Assembly (NCBI GenBank): GCA_963794525.1
Contig: CAWCEC010000004.1
Location: 177,637 to 241,636 of the forward strand
Direction: 5' to 3'
Source of the DNA: an uncultured Chloroflexia bacterium
GTDB lineage: Bacteria > Chloroflexota > Limnocylindria > Limnocylindrales > CSP1-4
DNA: 64,000 nt
A program made the position numbers and the translations under genes. Shown here piece by piece: positions 38,546 to 49,096 of this stretch. The notes under the pieces were generated by a model. It was given only the letters and a program-made list of their open reading frames with translations, was not told the DNA's origin and made no database searches. The first letter of the stretch is position 1; each line of letters starts with the position of its first letter.

Positions 38546-40083
38546 CCGAGCGAGCCCCTGGCCGCCGCAGCGGCGGTAGCGAGGCGCGGCGTGCCGCGCG
38601 CCTCCATGCCCATCACGAGCGGACGCCGTTCCTGACCCGCACCCTCGCGCCATTCGAGGTCCTCGACGAGGAGGGCCTCTCGCTCATCGAGCAGAACGCC
38701 GACACGATCCTCGAAGAGGTCGGGATCATCTTCCGTGGTGACCCCGAGGCGCTCACGTTGCTGCGCGACGGCGGTGCGGACGTCGACGGCGAACTCGTGC
38801 GGTTCCCGCGGGGCATGTGCCGACGGATCGTGCAGGCGACCGCGCCCCGGCAGTTCACCCAGTACGCCCGGAACGAGGCCAACAACGTCGAGATCGGCGG
38901 GATGCACACGGTGTTCGCGCCGAATTACGGCTCGCCGTTCGTCCGGGATCTCGATCGCGGCCGGCGCTACGGCACGATCGAGGACTTCCGCAACCTCGTG
39001 AAGCTCACCTACCTGTCGCCGCACCTCCACCACAGTGGCGGGACCGTCTGCGAGCCGGTCGATATCCCGGTCAACAAGCGCCACCTCGACATGGTCTACG
39101 CGCACATGCGCTACTCGGACAAACCGTTCATGGGCTCGGTGACGGCGCCGGAGCGCGCTCGCGACACGGTCGAGATGGCGCGGATCCTGTTCGGGGCCGA
39201 CTACCTCGAGGACCACCCGGTCATCCTGTCGCTGATCAACGCGAACTCGCCTCTGGTCTGGGACGCCACGATGCTCGGATCGGCGAGAGCCTACGCCGAG
39301 GCGAACCAGGCGACGCTCCTGACGCCATTCATCCTGGCCGGCGCGATGGCGCCGGTCACCGCTGCGGGCGTCGCCGCGCAAACGCTGGCCGAGGCGCTCG
39401 CCGGCATGGCGTTCGTCCAACTCGTGCGACCCGGTGCCCCGGTCGTGCTCGGCAGCTTCGCGAGCTCGATGTCGATGCAGTCCGGCGCGCCGACGTTCGG
39501 CACACCGGAGCCCGCCCTGGTCCTGTACGTCATGGGGTCGCTCGCGCGCAGGCTGGGTGTCCCGTTCCGATCCGGTGGCTCGCTGTGCGCTTCGAAGATC
39601 CCCGACGCGCAGGCCGCCTACGAGAGCGCCGCGACGCTCCAGCCGACCGTCCTGGGCGGCGTCAACTTCGTCCTCCACGCCGCGGGCTGGCTCGAGGGCG
39701 GGCTGAGCGTCGGCTACGAGAAGTTCATCCTCGACGCCGACCAGTGCGGGATGATGGCCGTCTTCGTGAAGGGCGTCGACCTCTCGGAGAACGGCCAGGC
39801 GCTGGATGCGATCCGCGGCAACGGGCCCGGTCAGCACTTCCTCGGCACGGCCCACACCCTGGCCAACTTCGAGACCGCGTTCTACCGCTCCGAGGTCGCC
39901 GACAACAATTCCTTCGAGCAGTGGAGCGAGGACGGCGGGTTGGACGCGGCCCAGCGGGCCAATGCGATCTGGAAGCGGATGCTCGCGGAGTACGAGGAAC
40001 CGCCGCTCGACCAGGCGATCGACGAGGCACTGCTGGAGTTCATGATCCGCCGCAAGGCGTCGATGCCCGACTCCGAGGTCTGA
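38542..40083 (+). CDS. MttB-family (trimethylamine/glycine betaine) corrinoid methyltransferase, non-pyrrolysine
   Basis: NSPLVWD, TPFILAGAMAP, SGAPTFGTPE, GGSLCASKIPDAQA (Leu at the position that is Pyl in archaeal MttB), HAAGWLEGG, HFLG. Confidence 0.92.
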   Translation: MTERAPGRRSGGSEARRAARLHAHHERTPFLTRTLAPFEVLDEEGLSLIEQNADTILEEVGIIFRGDPEALTLLRDGGADVDGELVRFPRGMCRRIVQATAPRQFTQYARNEANNVEIGGMHTVFAPNYGSPFVRDLDRGRRYGTIEDFRNLVKLTYLSPHLHHSGGTVCEPVDIPVNKRHLDMVYAHMRYSDKPFMGSVTAPERARDTVEMARILFGADYLEDHPVILSLINANSPLVWDATMLGSARAYAEANQATLLTPFILAGAMAPVTAAGVAAQTLAEALAGMAFVQLVRPGAPVVLGSFASSMSMQSGAPTFGTPEPALVLYVMGSLARRLGVPFRSGGSLCASKIPDAQAAYESAATLQPTVLGGVNFVLHAAGWLEGGLSVGYEKFILDADQCGMMAVFVKGVDLSENGQALDAIRGNGPGQHFLGTAHTLANFETAFYRSEVADNNSFEQWSEDGGLDAAQRANAIWKRMLAEYEEPPLDQAIDEALLEFMIRRKASMPDSEV

Positions 40084-40086
40084 GCG

Positions 40087-41400
40087 GTGCTCTTCCGCCG
40101 CCACGCCCGGCTGACGCCAGCCTCGCGCACCGCGCTGGCCGATCTTCTGGGTTCGCCGACGTTCGAGCTCATCCCGCTCAAGAACGCGATGGACCAGGCC
40201 GCCTATCTCCCGGCCGGGGCGACTGTGTCGGTCACTGCCTCGCCTACCAAGGGGCTCGAGGCGACGGTGGACCTCGCGGCGCGGTTGCGCCTTGCCGGAT
40301 TCACCGTCGTCCCCCACCTGTCGGCGCGCATGGTCCGCGATCGAGCGCACCTCACCGCGCTGGTGGCGGCCCTCGATAACGCCGGAATCGATCGGGCATT
40401 CATCGTCGGCGGCGATGAGAAGGAGCCGGGCGCGTATGTCGACGGCCTGGCGCTGCTGCGCGAGCTGGCCGAGATCGGCCATCCGTTCCGGCACGTCGGC
40501 ATTCCTGCTTACCCTCAGGGCCACGCGTTCATCGCGGACGGTCCGCTGCTTGCGGCGTTGCACGCCAAGGCCGAGTTCGCCCAGTACATGACTACACAGC
40601 TCTGTTTCGACCCCTCGGCCATCTCGTCCTGGATCGCGGCACGTCGGGCGGAGGGCCTGACCCTGCCGGTCCATATCGGGGTCCCGGGTGTGGCGGAGCC
40701 ACAGAAGCTCCTCGCTCTCGCGGCGCGGATCGGGGTGGCCGATACCCATCGGTTCCTCGCCAAGAACGTCCGATTCGTCGCGCGGCTCGTGCGGTCAGGT
40801 GGGTTCTACCGGCCTGACGCCCTTCTGGAGGGGATCGCCCCGACCATCGCCGATGCCGATGCGAAGGTCAGCGGTTTCCACCTCTATCTGTTCAACGCAG
40901 TGGAAGTGACCGAGCGCTGGCGAGTCGCCAAGCTCGAGACGCTGGCACGCGGATCGACGAGCGACGCCACGTCGCGGGGGTCGCTTCTCGACGCCCTCGC
41001 GGGCTTCCCCGATCGGCTCGCGGCCGCCGCCAGGGCGGCGACCGCCGACGCTGTCCCACCCGGCGAATGGACGCCGGAGCAGGTCGTCCGGCATCTGGTT
41101 GCGGTCGAGCTCGATGTCCATCAGGGTCGACTCCGCGACCTCGAGACCGACGCCGAACCGCAGTGGACGTGGGCCGAACCCGGACCGTGGCCGGGCGAAC
41201 CGGAGTTCGACCTCGAGGGGGTGGTCGCCAGGTTCGGCGAGGAGCGGGCGGCCACCGTCGGGGCGCTCCGGGCGCTCGACGAGGACGGCTGGGCGCGAGC
41301 CGGTCGGCACGCCACGTTCGGCCGGCTGGACGTGGCCGGGCTCGTCCGGACTGCAGTCGACCATGACGAGGAGCACCTCCGTGGTCTGGGTCGCGACTAG
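40087..41400 (+). CDS. MTHFR-like flavoprotein read through into a DinB/YfiT-like domain
   Basis: N-part VVPHLSAR, GGD, AYPQGH, TQLCFD, HLYLFN; C-part WTPEQVVRHL...HDEEH. Possibly two genes joined by one extra C at 40955. Confidence 0.8.
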   Translation: MLFRRHARLTPASRTALADLLGSPTFELIPLKNAMDQAAYLPAGATVSVTASPTKGLEATVDLAARLRLAGFTVVPHLSARMVRDRAHLTALVAALDNAGIDRAFIVGGDEKEPGAYVDGLALLRELAEIGHPFRHVGIPAYPQGHAFIADGPLLAALHAKAEFAQYMTTQLCFDPSAISSWIAARRAEGLTLPVHIGVPGVAEPQKLLALAARIGVADTHRFLAKNVRFVARLVRSGGFYRPDALLEGIAPTIADADAKVSGFHLYLFNAVEVTERWRVAKLETLARGSTSDATSRGSLLDALAGFPDRLAAAARAATADAVPPGEWTPEQVVRHLVAVELDVHQGRLRDLETDAEPQWTWAEPGPWPGEPEFDLEGVVARFGEERAATVGALRALDEDGWARAGRHATFGRLDVAGLVRTAVDHDEEHLRGLGRD

Positions 41401-41502
41401 GACCATCGCGTCCGCTTTGTAACTCGACCCACGCGACGGGCGCGTGGCAGTATGCCGTCAGGCGTCGGGAAGACCGCACGCCATCGAGCTGGAGGGACCC
41501 TG

Positions 41503-42264
41503 ATGGCGTCCGACCCCAACGCGCCCCGCTCACGACGAGCACTCCTGACCGCAGCGGCCGGTGGTGCGGCGGCTATGGCGGCCTCGGCGGCGATGCCGCT
41601 GACAGCTGTCGCCGCGGATCCGAACGACGTCGTCAAGAACGTCGACAATCCCACGACCGCCGAAACGTCGATCACCCAAGCGACCGCTGGCTTCATCGCC
41701 TTCAAGGCGAGCACGACGAATCCCGATCGTGCCGGCCTCGTCGGTTCGACTGGCGACGAAACCGACAGCTTCGAGGACAACACAACGTTCACCGGCGTCT
41801 ACGGCTGGAGCCAGGCCGACGCCACGAACGGCGCGGGCTCCGGCGTCTGGGGTGACAGCCCCGACACCGGCGTCGTCGGGACGGGCTCGGTCGGCGTGCT
41901 CGGGCTCGGCGGTGTCGGCGTGTGGGGCGACGGCAGTGGTGCGCCCGGCGTCATCGGCGACACCGACACCTCGACGATCGCTGGCGTGCTCGCCCGGGGC
42001 GTAAGCGCGACGGGGCTCGCCCTATCGGTCATCGGCAAAGCGAAGTTCAGCCGGTCCGGCAGGACGACGATCGGCGCTGGCCGCTCCACGCTTACCGTGT
42101 CGCTGAACGGCGTCACGTCGGGCAGCAAGGTCTTCGCCGTGTTGCACTCCAACCGATCCGGCCGCTATGTCCGTGCCGTCGTGCCGACGACCAACAGGTT
42201 CACCGTCTATCTCAACACTACGGTCACCTCGGCGTCGTTCGTCGCCTGGTTCGTGCTCGACTGA
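41503..42264 (+). CDS. Tat-exported Gly/Thr/Val-rich protein
   Basis: SRRALL twin-arginine signal with an AxA cleavage site; repeats of GV(Y/W/L/V)G; aromatic C-terminus FVAWFVLD; GGAGGG RBS. Confidence 0.7.
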   Translation: MASDPNAPRSRRALLTAAAGGAAAMAASAAMPLTAVAADPNDVVKNVDNPTTAETSITQATAGFIAFKASTTNPDRAGLVGSTGDETDSFEDNTTFTGVYGWSQADATNGAGSGVWGDSPDTGVVGTGSVGVLGLGGVGVWGDGSGAPGVIGDTDTSTIAGVLARGVSATGLALSVIGKAKFSRSGRTTIGAGRSTLTVSLNGVTSGSKVFAVLHSNRSGRYVRAVVPTTNRFTVYLNTTVTSASFVAWFVLD

Positions 42265-42470
42265 TGGCCGCGTACGATCGCGCCCGATTGGCACAGCTCC
42301 GCGCGGCATTCGGCCGGCCAGGCATCAGCACTGCGGTGGCGCGGGCGCTGACCCGCGCCGAACGCGCGCCGGGTGGCAGTCGTCGACGAACGCTTGCCTT
42401 GAGCGGCAGTCGACTGGCGGACCTCGTGTCCGGCAAGCGACCGCCTCTGGTTCGCCGACGAGACTCCTAG
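42264..42470 (+). CDS. Possible 68-aa basic small protein
   Basis: TGATG overlap with the previous stop and an open frame to TAG 42470; codon usage is atypical and no motif was recognised. Confidence 0.25.
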   Translation: MAAYDRARLAQLRAAFGRPGISTAVARALTRAERAPGGSRRRTLALSGSRLADLVSGKRPPLVRRRDS

Positions 42471-42601
42471 GCAGACCCTGGCGAGCCGCAGCGGTCCCCG
42501 CCGCGGCTCGCGTCCCCTCAACGCGATCGCCGCTCCGCCGACAGCGCGCTTGCGACTCCGCGAGGACTCGGGCATCATCGCGCCCACAACCGAAGAAGTG
42601 C

Positions 42602-42704
42602 TTTATCCAGAGTGGCGGAGGGACCGGCCCGTCGATGCCACGACAACCTACCGGCGCGAGGTCGGCAAGGTGCCAAATCCGGGCAGGTCCTCCTGCGAGA
42701 TAAG
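42602..42704 (+). ncRNA. SAM-I (S-box) riboswitch
   Basis: TTATCCAGAG-TGGCGGAGGGACCGGCCC-GTCGATGCCACGACAACC...AAGGTGCCAAATCC...GCAG...CTGCGAGATAA matches the SAM-I core, with P1 TTATC/GATAA; it lies upstream of metH. Confidence 0.92.
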
Positions 42705-42797
42705 GGACACTCCCCTTCGGAGCTCCCTCGAAGCGACCAGGTCGTCCGGGTCCACGGGCCGTGTCCCGCCGCTGCGCCGCGCAACCCGGAGCTGCCT

Positions 42798-45700
42798 GTG
42801 TCGAACCGCACCCTGTCGCCGCCGCTGAGCGAGGCGCGCACGTCCGAGCCGGACGCCGCCGCGCCGTTCACGCGCGCGAGCCGGCATGCCCGGCTCGCCG
42901 GTCTGCTCGCGGAACGCATCCTCGTCCTCGATGGCGCGATGGGCACGATGCTCCAGGCGTACGGGTTCGATGAGGCCGGCTACCGGGGCGATCGCTTCCG
43001 CGAGCATCCCCGCGACCTGCGAGGCGACAACGATCTCCTGACGCTGACGCAGCCCGACGCGGTCCGGGCCGTGCACGCCGCCTATCTGGACGCGGGCGCG
43101 GACATCGTCTCGACCAATACCTTCACCTCCACGCGGATCGCCCAGGCCGATTACGGGCTCGACGACGCCGTCGTCCGCGACCTCAACGTCACGGCCGCCC
43201 GTCTGGCGCGCGCCGCCGCCGACGCCGCCGAAGCCCGCGACCCCGGTCGGCCGCGGTTCGTCGCGGGTGCCCTCGGCCCCACCAACCGGACCGCGTCGAT
43301 CAGCCCGGACGTGGGCGACCCGGCGGCCCGGGCGGTCAGCTGGGTCGAGTTGCAGGACGCGTACCACGACGCGGCGGCCGGTCTGGTCGAGGGCGGCGCC
43401 GACATCCTGCTGATCGAGACGATCTTCGACACGCTCAACGCGAAGGCCGCGATCTTCGGCGTGGAGACCCTGTTCGACGAACTCGGCGAGCGGCTGCCGG
43501 TCATCGTGTCCGGGACGATCGTCGACGCGTCCGGACGGACGCTGTCCGGCCAGACGGTCGAGGCGTTCTGGCACAGCATCCGCCACGCCGACCCGCTCGT
43601 CGTCGGGCTCAACTGCGCACTCGGGCCAAAACAGCTGCGCGAGCACCTCGACGTGCTGGCACGCGTCGCCGACCGCCCGGTGTCGGCCTATCCGAACGCC
43701 GGCCTGCCGAACGAGCTCGGTGGCTACGACGAGACGCCGGAGGCGATGGCCGACGCGCTGGGCGAGTGGGCCAGCCACGGGCTGCTCAATATCGCCGGCG
43801 GCTGTTGCGGGACGACGCCCGAACACATCGAGGCGATCGCGGCCGCGGTCGCCGGCGCCACCCCGCGCCAGATCGTGCGGCCTCCGGCGAAGACCCACCT
43901 GTCCGGGCTCGAGCCCGTCGTGATCCCGCCGCCCGGCGACACGTTCGTCAACGTCGGCGAGCGGACCAACGTGACCGGCTCGCGCAAGTTCGCGAGGCTG
44001 ATGGCCGAAGGCGGAGAGGACGAGGCGATCGAGATCGCGCGCGAGCAGGTCGCCAATGGCGCCCAGCTCATCGACGTGAACATGGACGAGGCGATGCTCG
44101 ACGGCGTCGCGGCGATGACCCGCTTCCTCCGCCGCGTGGCCGCCGAGCCCGACATCGCGACGGTGCCCGTCATGGTCGACAGCTCGAAATGGTCGGTCAT
44201 CGAGGCCGGACTCCAGCAGCTCCAGGGCAAGGGCGTCGTGAACTCGATCTCACTGAAGGAAGGCGAGGCAGAGTTCCTGCGCCAGGCGCGCCTGTGCAAG
44301 CGCTACGGCGCGGCGGTCGTCGTCATGGCGTTCGACGAGCAGGGCCAGGCAGACTCGGTCGAGCGCCGGGTCAGCGTCCTCAAGCGTGCCTACAAGCTGC
44401 TGACCGAGGTCGTCGGTTTCGCGCCCGAGGACATCATCCTCGACGCCAACATCTTCGCCATCGCGACCGGCATCGAGGAGCACAACGCCTACGCCGTGCA
44501 GTTCATCGAGGCCGTGCAGCGACTCAAGGCCGAGTTGCCGGGCACGCGCACGTCGGGCGGCGTGTCGAACGTGTCCTTCGCGTTCCGCGGCAACGACCGC
44601 GTGCGCGAGGCGATCCACTCTGTCTTCCTGTATCACGCCAAGCAGGCCGGGCTGGACATGGCCATCGTCAACGCCGGTGTCCTGCCGGTCTATGACGACA
44701 TCGAATCGGACCTTCGCGAGCGCGTCGAGGACGTCGTGCTGAACCGTCGCGCCGACGCGACGGAGCGCCTCCTCGAGATCGCGCGGCAGTACGAAGGCAG
44801 CGCCGGCATGGACCGGCCGGCCGAGGACCTCGCGTGGCGCGAGCGCCCGGTCGGGGAGCGGCTGACCCACGCGCTGGTCGAGGGCATCGATGCGTGGATC
44901 GTCGAGGACACCGAGGAGGCTCGCCAGGCGGCCAGCCGTCCACTCGAGGTCATCGAGGGCCCGCTCATGGATGGGATGAACGTCGTCGGCGACCTATTCG
45001 GGTCGGGGCGGATGTTCCTGCCCCAGGTCGTCAAGAGCGCCCGGGTCATGAAGAAGGCTGTCGCGCACCTCGTGCCGTATCTCGAGGCGGAGCGCGAGGG
45101 GACCGGCGTTCGCAAGGCCGGCACGATCGTTACTGCCACGGTCAAGGGCGATGTCCACGACATCGGCAAGAACATCGTCGGGGTCGTCCTCGGCTGCAAC
45201 GACTACGAGGTCATCGACCTCGGCGTGATGGTCCCGGCCACACGGATCCTGGAGACCGCCGCCGAGCATGACGCGGACCTGATCGGGTTGTCGGGGCTGA
45301 TCACGCCATCACTCGACGAGATGGTCCACGTCGCGTCCGAGATGGAACGGCTCGGCATGACGACGCCGCTGCTGATCGGTGGGGCGACCACCTCGCGCAT
45401 GCATACGGCCGTGAAGATCGCGCCAGCGTACTCGGGGCCGGTCGTTCACGTACTCGACGCGTCACGGGCGGTCGGCGTCGCCGGCTCCCTCGTCGACAGC
45501 AACCGACGGCCGGCCTACGCGGCCGGCGTCCGCGACGAGTACGAGGCCATCCGCCTCGATCGTGCCGGCCGCCAGGCGAAGGAGCGCTACCTCACGATCG
45601 CCGAGGCTCGGGCGAACCGGGTCCCGATCGACTGGTCGATGGTCACGCCACCGGCGCCGACGTTCCTCGGCGTCCGGACGTTCGACGACTACCCGCTCGC

Positions 45701-46577
45701 CGAGCTCGTCGAGCGGATCGACTGGACGCCGTTCTTCGCGACGTGGGAGCTGCGCGGTGCGTACCCCGCCATCCTCGACGATCCCAAGGTCGGCGCGGCG
45801 GCGCGCGACCTCTACGACGATGCGCGCCGGCTGCTGGACCGGATCGTCTCAGAGACGCGGCTGCGTGCGAGCGGCGTGGTCGGGTTCTGGCCGGCCAACG
45901 CCGATGTCGACGACATCGCGGTGTGGCGCGACGACCGGCGCGACGACCGGCTGGCCACGTTCCGGACGCTGCGTCAGCAGATGGCCAAGACCGACGCTCG
46001 ACCGAATGTCGCGCTGGCCGATTTCGTCGCCCCCATCGATAGCGGGCTCGCCGACCACATCGGCGCGTTCGCGGTCACGGCTGGCCACGGTCTGGAGGGT
46101 CCGGACGGGCTGGTCGCCGAGTTCACGGCCGCCCATGACGACTACTCCGCGATCCTCGCGAAGGCACTGGCCGACCGCCTGGCCGAGGCATTCGCCGAGC
46201 GCCTCCACGAGCGCGTCCGGCGCGAGCTGTGGGGCTATGCGGTGGACGAGGAGCTGTCAAACACCGACCTCATCGCGGAGCGCTACCAGGGCATCCGTCC
46301 CGCGCCCGGCTATCCGGCCTGCCCCGATCACACCGAGAAGCGGACGTTGTTCGAGCTCCTCGATGCCGAGGCACGCGCCGGTATGGAGCTGACCGAGTCG
46401 TACGCGATGCTGCCCGGGGCCTCGGTGTCCGGCTACTACCTGTGGAACCCGGCGAGCCACTACTTCGGCGTCGGCCGGATCGACCGCGACCAGCTCGAGG
46501 ACTACGCCGCTCGCAAGGGCATCCCCGCTACCGAGGCGGAACGGTGGCTCGCGCCGAACCTGCGGGAGCCGGCATGA
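42798..46577 (+). CDS. metH: Cobalamin-dependent methionine synthase
   Basis: [37 protein letters not shown]-terminal activation domain [14 protein letters not shown]; GGAG RBS before GTG 42798. Confidence 0.96.
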   Translation: MSNRTLSPPLSEARTSEPDAAAPFTRASRHARLAGLLAERILVLDGAMGTMLQAYGFDEAGYRGDRFREHPRDLRGDNDLLTLTQPDAVRAVHAAYLDAGADIVSTNTFTSTRIAQADYGLDDAVVRDLNVTAARLARAAADAAEARDPGRPRFVAGALGPTNRTASISPDVGDPAARAVSWVELQDAYHDAAAGLVEGGADILLIETIFDTLNAKAAIFGVETLFDELGERLPVIVSGTIVDASGRTLSGQTVEAFWHSIRHADPLVVGLNCALGPKQLREHLDVLARVADRPVSAYPNAGLPNELGGYDETPEAMADALGEWASHGLLNIAGGCCGTTPEHIEAIAAAVAGATPRQIVRPPAKTHLSGLEPVVIPPPGDTFVNVGERTNVTGSRKFARLMAEGGEDEAIEIAREQVANGAQLIDVNMDEAMLDGVAAMTRFLRRVAAEPDIATVPVMVDSSKWSVIEAGLQQLQGKGVVNSISLKEGEAEFLRQARLCKRYGAAVVVMAFDEQGQADSVERRVSVLKRAYKLLTEVVGFAPEDIILDANIFAIATGIEEHNAYAVQFIEAVQRLKAELPGTRTSGGVSNVSFAFRGNDRVREAIHSVFLYHAKQAGLDMAIVNAGVLPVYDDIESDLRERVEDVVLNRRADATERLLEIARQYEGSAGMDRPAEDLAWRERPVGERLTHALVEGIDAWIVEDTEEARQAASRPLEVIEGPLMDGMNVVGDLFGSGRMFLPQVVKSARVMKKAVAHLVPYLEAEREGTGVRKAGTIVTATVKGDVHDIGKNIVGVVLGCNDYEVIDLGVMVPATRILETAAEHDADLIGLSGLITPSLDEMVHVASEMERLGMTTPLLIGGATTSRMHTAVKIAPAYSGPVVHVLDASRAVGVAGSLVDSNRRPAYAAGVRDEYEAIRLDRAGRQAKERYLTIAEARANRVPIDWSMVTPPAPTFLGVRTFDDYPLAELVERIDWTPFFATWELRGAYPAILDDPKVGAAARDLYDDARRLLDRIVSETRLRASGVVGFWPANADVDDIAVWRDDRRDDRLATFRTLRQQMAKTDARPNVALADFVAPIDSGLADHIGAFAVTAGHGLEGPDGLVAEFTAAHDDYSAILAKALADRLAEAFAERLHERVRRELWGYAVDEELSNTDLIAERYQGIRPAPGYPACPDHTEKRTLFELLDAEARAGMELTESYAMLPGASVSGYYLWNPASHYFGVGRIDRDQLEDYAARKGIPATEAERWLAPNLREPA

Positions 46578-48526
46578 CGATCGGCGACGCGCGCGCCCGC
46601 TTCCGCGAGCGGCTGACAAGTGGCCCGCTCCTGGCCGACGGCGCCATGGGCACGCTGCTGTTCAGCCGTGGCATCCCGCAGCGGGCGGTCCTCGACGACC
46701 TGGTCGCCACTCGGCCCGACCTGATCGGCTCGATCCATCGCGAGTACCTCGACGTCGGGGCGGACATCATCGAGACGGCGACCTTCGGGGCGAACCGCGT
46801 CCGCCTCGCGCCGCACGGCCTCGCCGAGCGTGCCGGGAAGCTGGCCCGCCGTGGTGCCCAGCTCGCCCGTGAGGCCCGTGACGTGGCCGGCCGTGACGTG
46901 CTCGTGGCCGGCTCGATCGGGCCGCTCGGTCCACCGACACGCGAGATCGTGCACCTCTCCGAGGACGCTGTTCGCGCCGCGTTCCGCGAGACCATCGAGG
47001 GGCTGCTCGAGGGCGGCGTCGATGTGTTCTGGTTCGAGACGTTCGGTCACATCGACCACCTCGCGATCGCGGTCGAGGAGGCGCGTGCGGCTGCCGCCGA
47101 CCTGCCGGTCGTGGCGCTGTTGACCTTCGGCGAGGATGCCGCCCTGCCGGACGGGACGAGCCCCGGCGCTGCGGCGGAAGCGCTGGCCCGCCGGATCGAT
47201 GTCGATGTCATCGGCGTCAACTGCGGCGCGGGGCCGGTCGGCTGCCTCGAGGCGCTCGCGGCCATGACCGATGACGCCGGTGCGATCCCCCACGCCATCC
47301 TCCCGAACGCGGGCCTGCCGCAACGGATCGAGGGACAGTTCGTCTACGCCGCCGGTCCCGACTATCTCGGTCGGATGGTGGGCGACATGCTCGACGCCGG
47401 TGCGGCCATCGTCGGCGGCTGTTGCGGGACGACGCCGGACCACATCGCGGCGATGCGCGTGGCGATCGACGCGCGGGTCGGAACTGTCCGAGTGGAGGTG
47501 GCACCGGCGCCCGCCCCCGCGTCCGCCCCGGCTGCCACCACGACCATCCGCGCCGAGGTCGCCGCGGCGACCGACACGACCGCACCGCCGTCGCGGCTGG
47601 CCCGCGCCCTCGCCGACGGCCGGTACGTGATCTCGGTCGAGATCGACCCGCCGCGCTCCGTTCGCATCGAGCGCACGATCGAGGCGGCGCGCATGCTCCA
47701 GGACGCCGGCGTCGACATCGTCAACGTCAGCGACTCGGCCATGGCGCGGGTGCGGATGGGGGCCCTCGCCGTGGCGTTCGGGATCCAGCACGACCTCGAT
47801 ATCGAGTGCGTCGTGCACTTCACGACGCGCGACCGGAACCTGATGGCGATCGAGTCGGAGCTGCTCGGCGCCCACGCGCTCGGCGTGCGCGACATCCTGG
47901 CGCTCACCGGGGACCCGCCGCGGATCGGCGATCTGCCCGGGGCGACCGGCGTGTGGGACGTCGACTCGATCGGCCTGGTCGAGATCCTGACCCGCCTCAA
48001 CCGCGGCGAGGATGCCGCCGGTTCGCCGATCGGCCAGCCGGCCTCGTTCACGATCGCCTGTGCCCTCGACCCGACGGCCGCCGACGCGGCCACCGAATGG
48101 GATCGCCTGGAACGCAAGATCGCCGCGGGCGCGCAACTGATCATGACCCAGCCGCTCTACTCGGAGGCCCAGGTCGAGGCCATGTTCCGCGAGGCGTGTC
48201 GGCGCTTCGGGCCGGCCGACTTCCCCATCCCGGTCCTGCTCGGGGTACTGCCGCTGCAGTCGTCCCGACACGCCGAGTTCCTCCACCACGAGGTGCCCGG
48301 CATCACGATCCCGGACGCGACGCGCGACGCGCTGCGGGAGGCCGGTGAGCGTGGCGCGGAGGTCGGGCTGCGGATCACCGAGGAGCTCCTGGCGGTCGTC
48401 GGCGACCGGGTCGCCGGCACCTACATCATGCCGTCGTTCGGACGCTACGAGCAGGCCGCCGAGCTCGTCCGCCGGCTGCGTGCCATGCCCGCCGCTCGCG
48501 TTGACGCCCCGGCGCTCCGGCCCTAG
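46574..48526 (+). CDS. Bifunctional homocysteine S-methyltransferase / MTHFR (YitJ-like)
   Basis: ADGAMGT, GVNCG, PNAG, GGCCG, then EIDPP, RDRN, TGDP, MTQP; ATGA overlap with metH. Confidence 0.92.
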   Translation: MTIGDARARFRERLTSGPLLADGAMGTLLFSRGIPQRAVLDDLVATRPDLIGSIHREYLDVGADIIETATFGANRVRLAPHGLAERAGKLARRGAQLAREARDVAGRDVLVAGSIGPLGPPTREIVHLSEDAVRAAFRETIEGLLEGGVDVFWFETFGHIDHLAIAVEEARAAAADLPVVALLTFGEDAALPDGTSPGAAAEALARRIDVDVIGVNCGAGPVGCLEALAAMTDDAGAIPHAILPNAGLPQRIEGQFVYAAGPDYLGRMVGDMLDAGAAIVGGCCGTTPDHIAAMRVAIDARVGTVRVEVAPAPAPASAPAATTTIRAEVAAATDTTAPPSRLARALADGRYVISVEIDPPRSVRIERTIEAARMLQDAGVDIVNVSDSAMARVRMGALAVAFGIQHDLDIECVVHFTTRDRNLMAIESELLGAHALGVRDILALTGDPPRIGDLPGATGVWDVDSIGLVEILTRLNRGEDAAGSPIGQPASFTIACALDPTAADAATEWDRLERKIAAGAQLIMTQPLYSEAQVEAMFREACRRFGPADFPIPVLLGVLPLQSSRHAEFLHHEVPGITIPDATRDALREAGERGAEVGLRITEELLAVVGDRVAGTYIMPSFGRYEQAAELVRRLRAMPAARVDAPALRP

Positions 48527-48531
48527 ACTCG

Positions 48532-48556
48532 ATATCCGACGAAATCACTCGGATAT
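48532..48556. promoter_or_regulatory. IscR type-1-like Rrf2 operator ATATCCGA-N9-TCGGATAT
   Basis: 25-bp palindrome immediately before the Rrf2 RBS; aligns with the IscR type-1 consensus ATASYYGACTRWWWYAGTCRRSTAT at 21 of 25 positions by my count. Confidence 0.75.
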
Positions 48557-48571
48557 GCGAGGAAGCGACCC

Positions 48572-49096
48572 CTGACCGCGCCGCCCGGCACACCATCCGT
48601 CCCCGTCCAGCGCCCCGCCTACCACGGCTCGGGCGCGGTCTCCTTTTCGACGAAGGGTGAGTACGGCGTCCGCCTGATGGTCCAGCTGGCCCGCCACTAC
48701 GGCCAGGGGCCGGCGAGCCTGGCCGGTATCGCGGCGGAGGAGGATCTCCCGCGGGCCTATCTCGAGCAGCTCGTCGTGAGCCTCCGCGAAGCGGGCCTAG
48801 TCGTGAGCACGCGAGGTGCCCACGGCGGCTACGAGCTGACCCGCCCGCCCGCGACCATCGCGATGGGCGAGGTCCTGCGTGCCCTCGAAGGCCCGATCGC
48901 ACCGATGTTCTGCGCCAGCGACGACCCGGAGCACGCCACGACCTGCGACCGCTCGTCGCGTTGCACCGTCAACATCCTGTGGGTGCGCGTCCGTGACGCG
49001 ATCACCTCGACCCTCAATTCGATGACCCTCGCCGACCTCGCGCCACCGCGCGTCGTCGCCATCGACGACCCGGAAGGAGCCCTGATCACCTCGTGA
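48572..49096 (+). CDS. Rrf2-family Fe-S regulator (IscR-like)
   Basis: STKGEYGVR, YLEQL, RGAHGGY, three Cys (FC...TC...RC). No ATG/GTG precedes the conserved N-terminus; CTG 48572 follows a GAGGA RBS. Confidence 0.88.
   Translation: MTAPPGTPSVPVQRPAYHGSGAVSFSTKGEYGVRLMVQLARHYGQGPASLAGIAAEEDLPRAYLEQLVVSLREAGLVVSTRGAHGGYELTRPPATIAMGEVLRALEGPIAPMFCASDDPEHATTCDRSSRCTVNILWVRVRDAITSTLNSMTLADLAPPRVVAIDDPEGALITS

Noticed and set aside
38542-40083. Pyrrolysine recoding in the MttB homologue
   Set aside because: There is no in-frame TAG, the Pyl-equivalent position is Leu, and no pyl genes are in the window.
41641-41650. GTCGACAATC match to the island operator
   Set aside because: It lies inside a CDS where it encodes Val-Asp-Asn, lacks the TAC tail and the left arm, and is 25 kb from the other copies.
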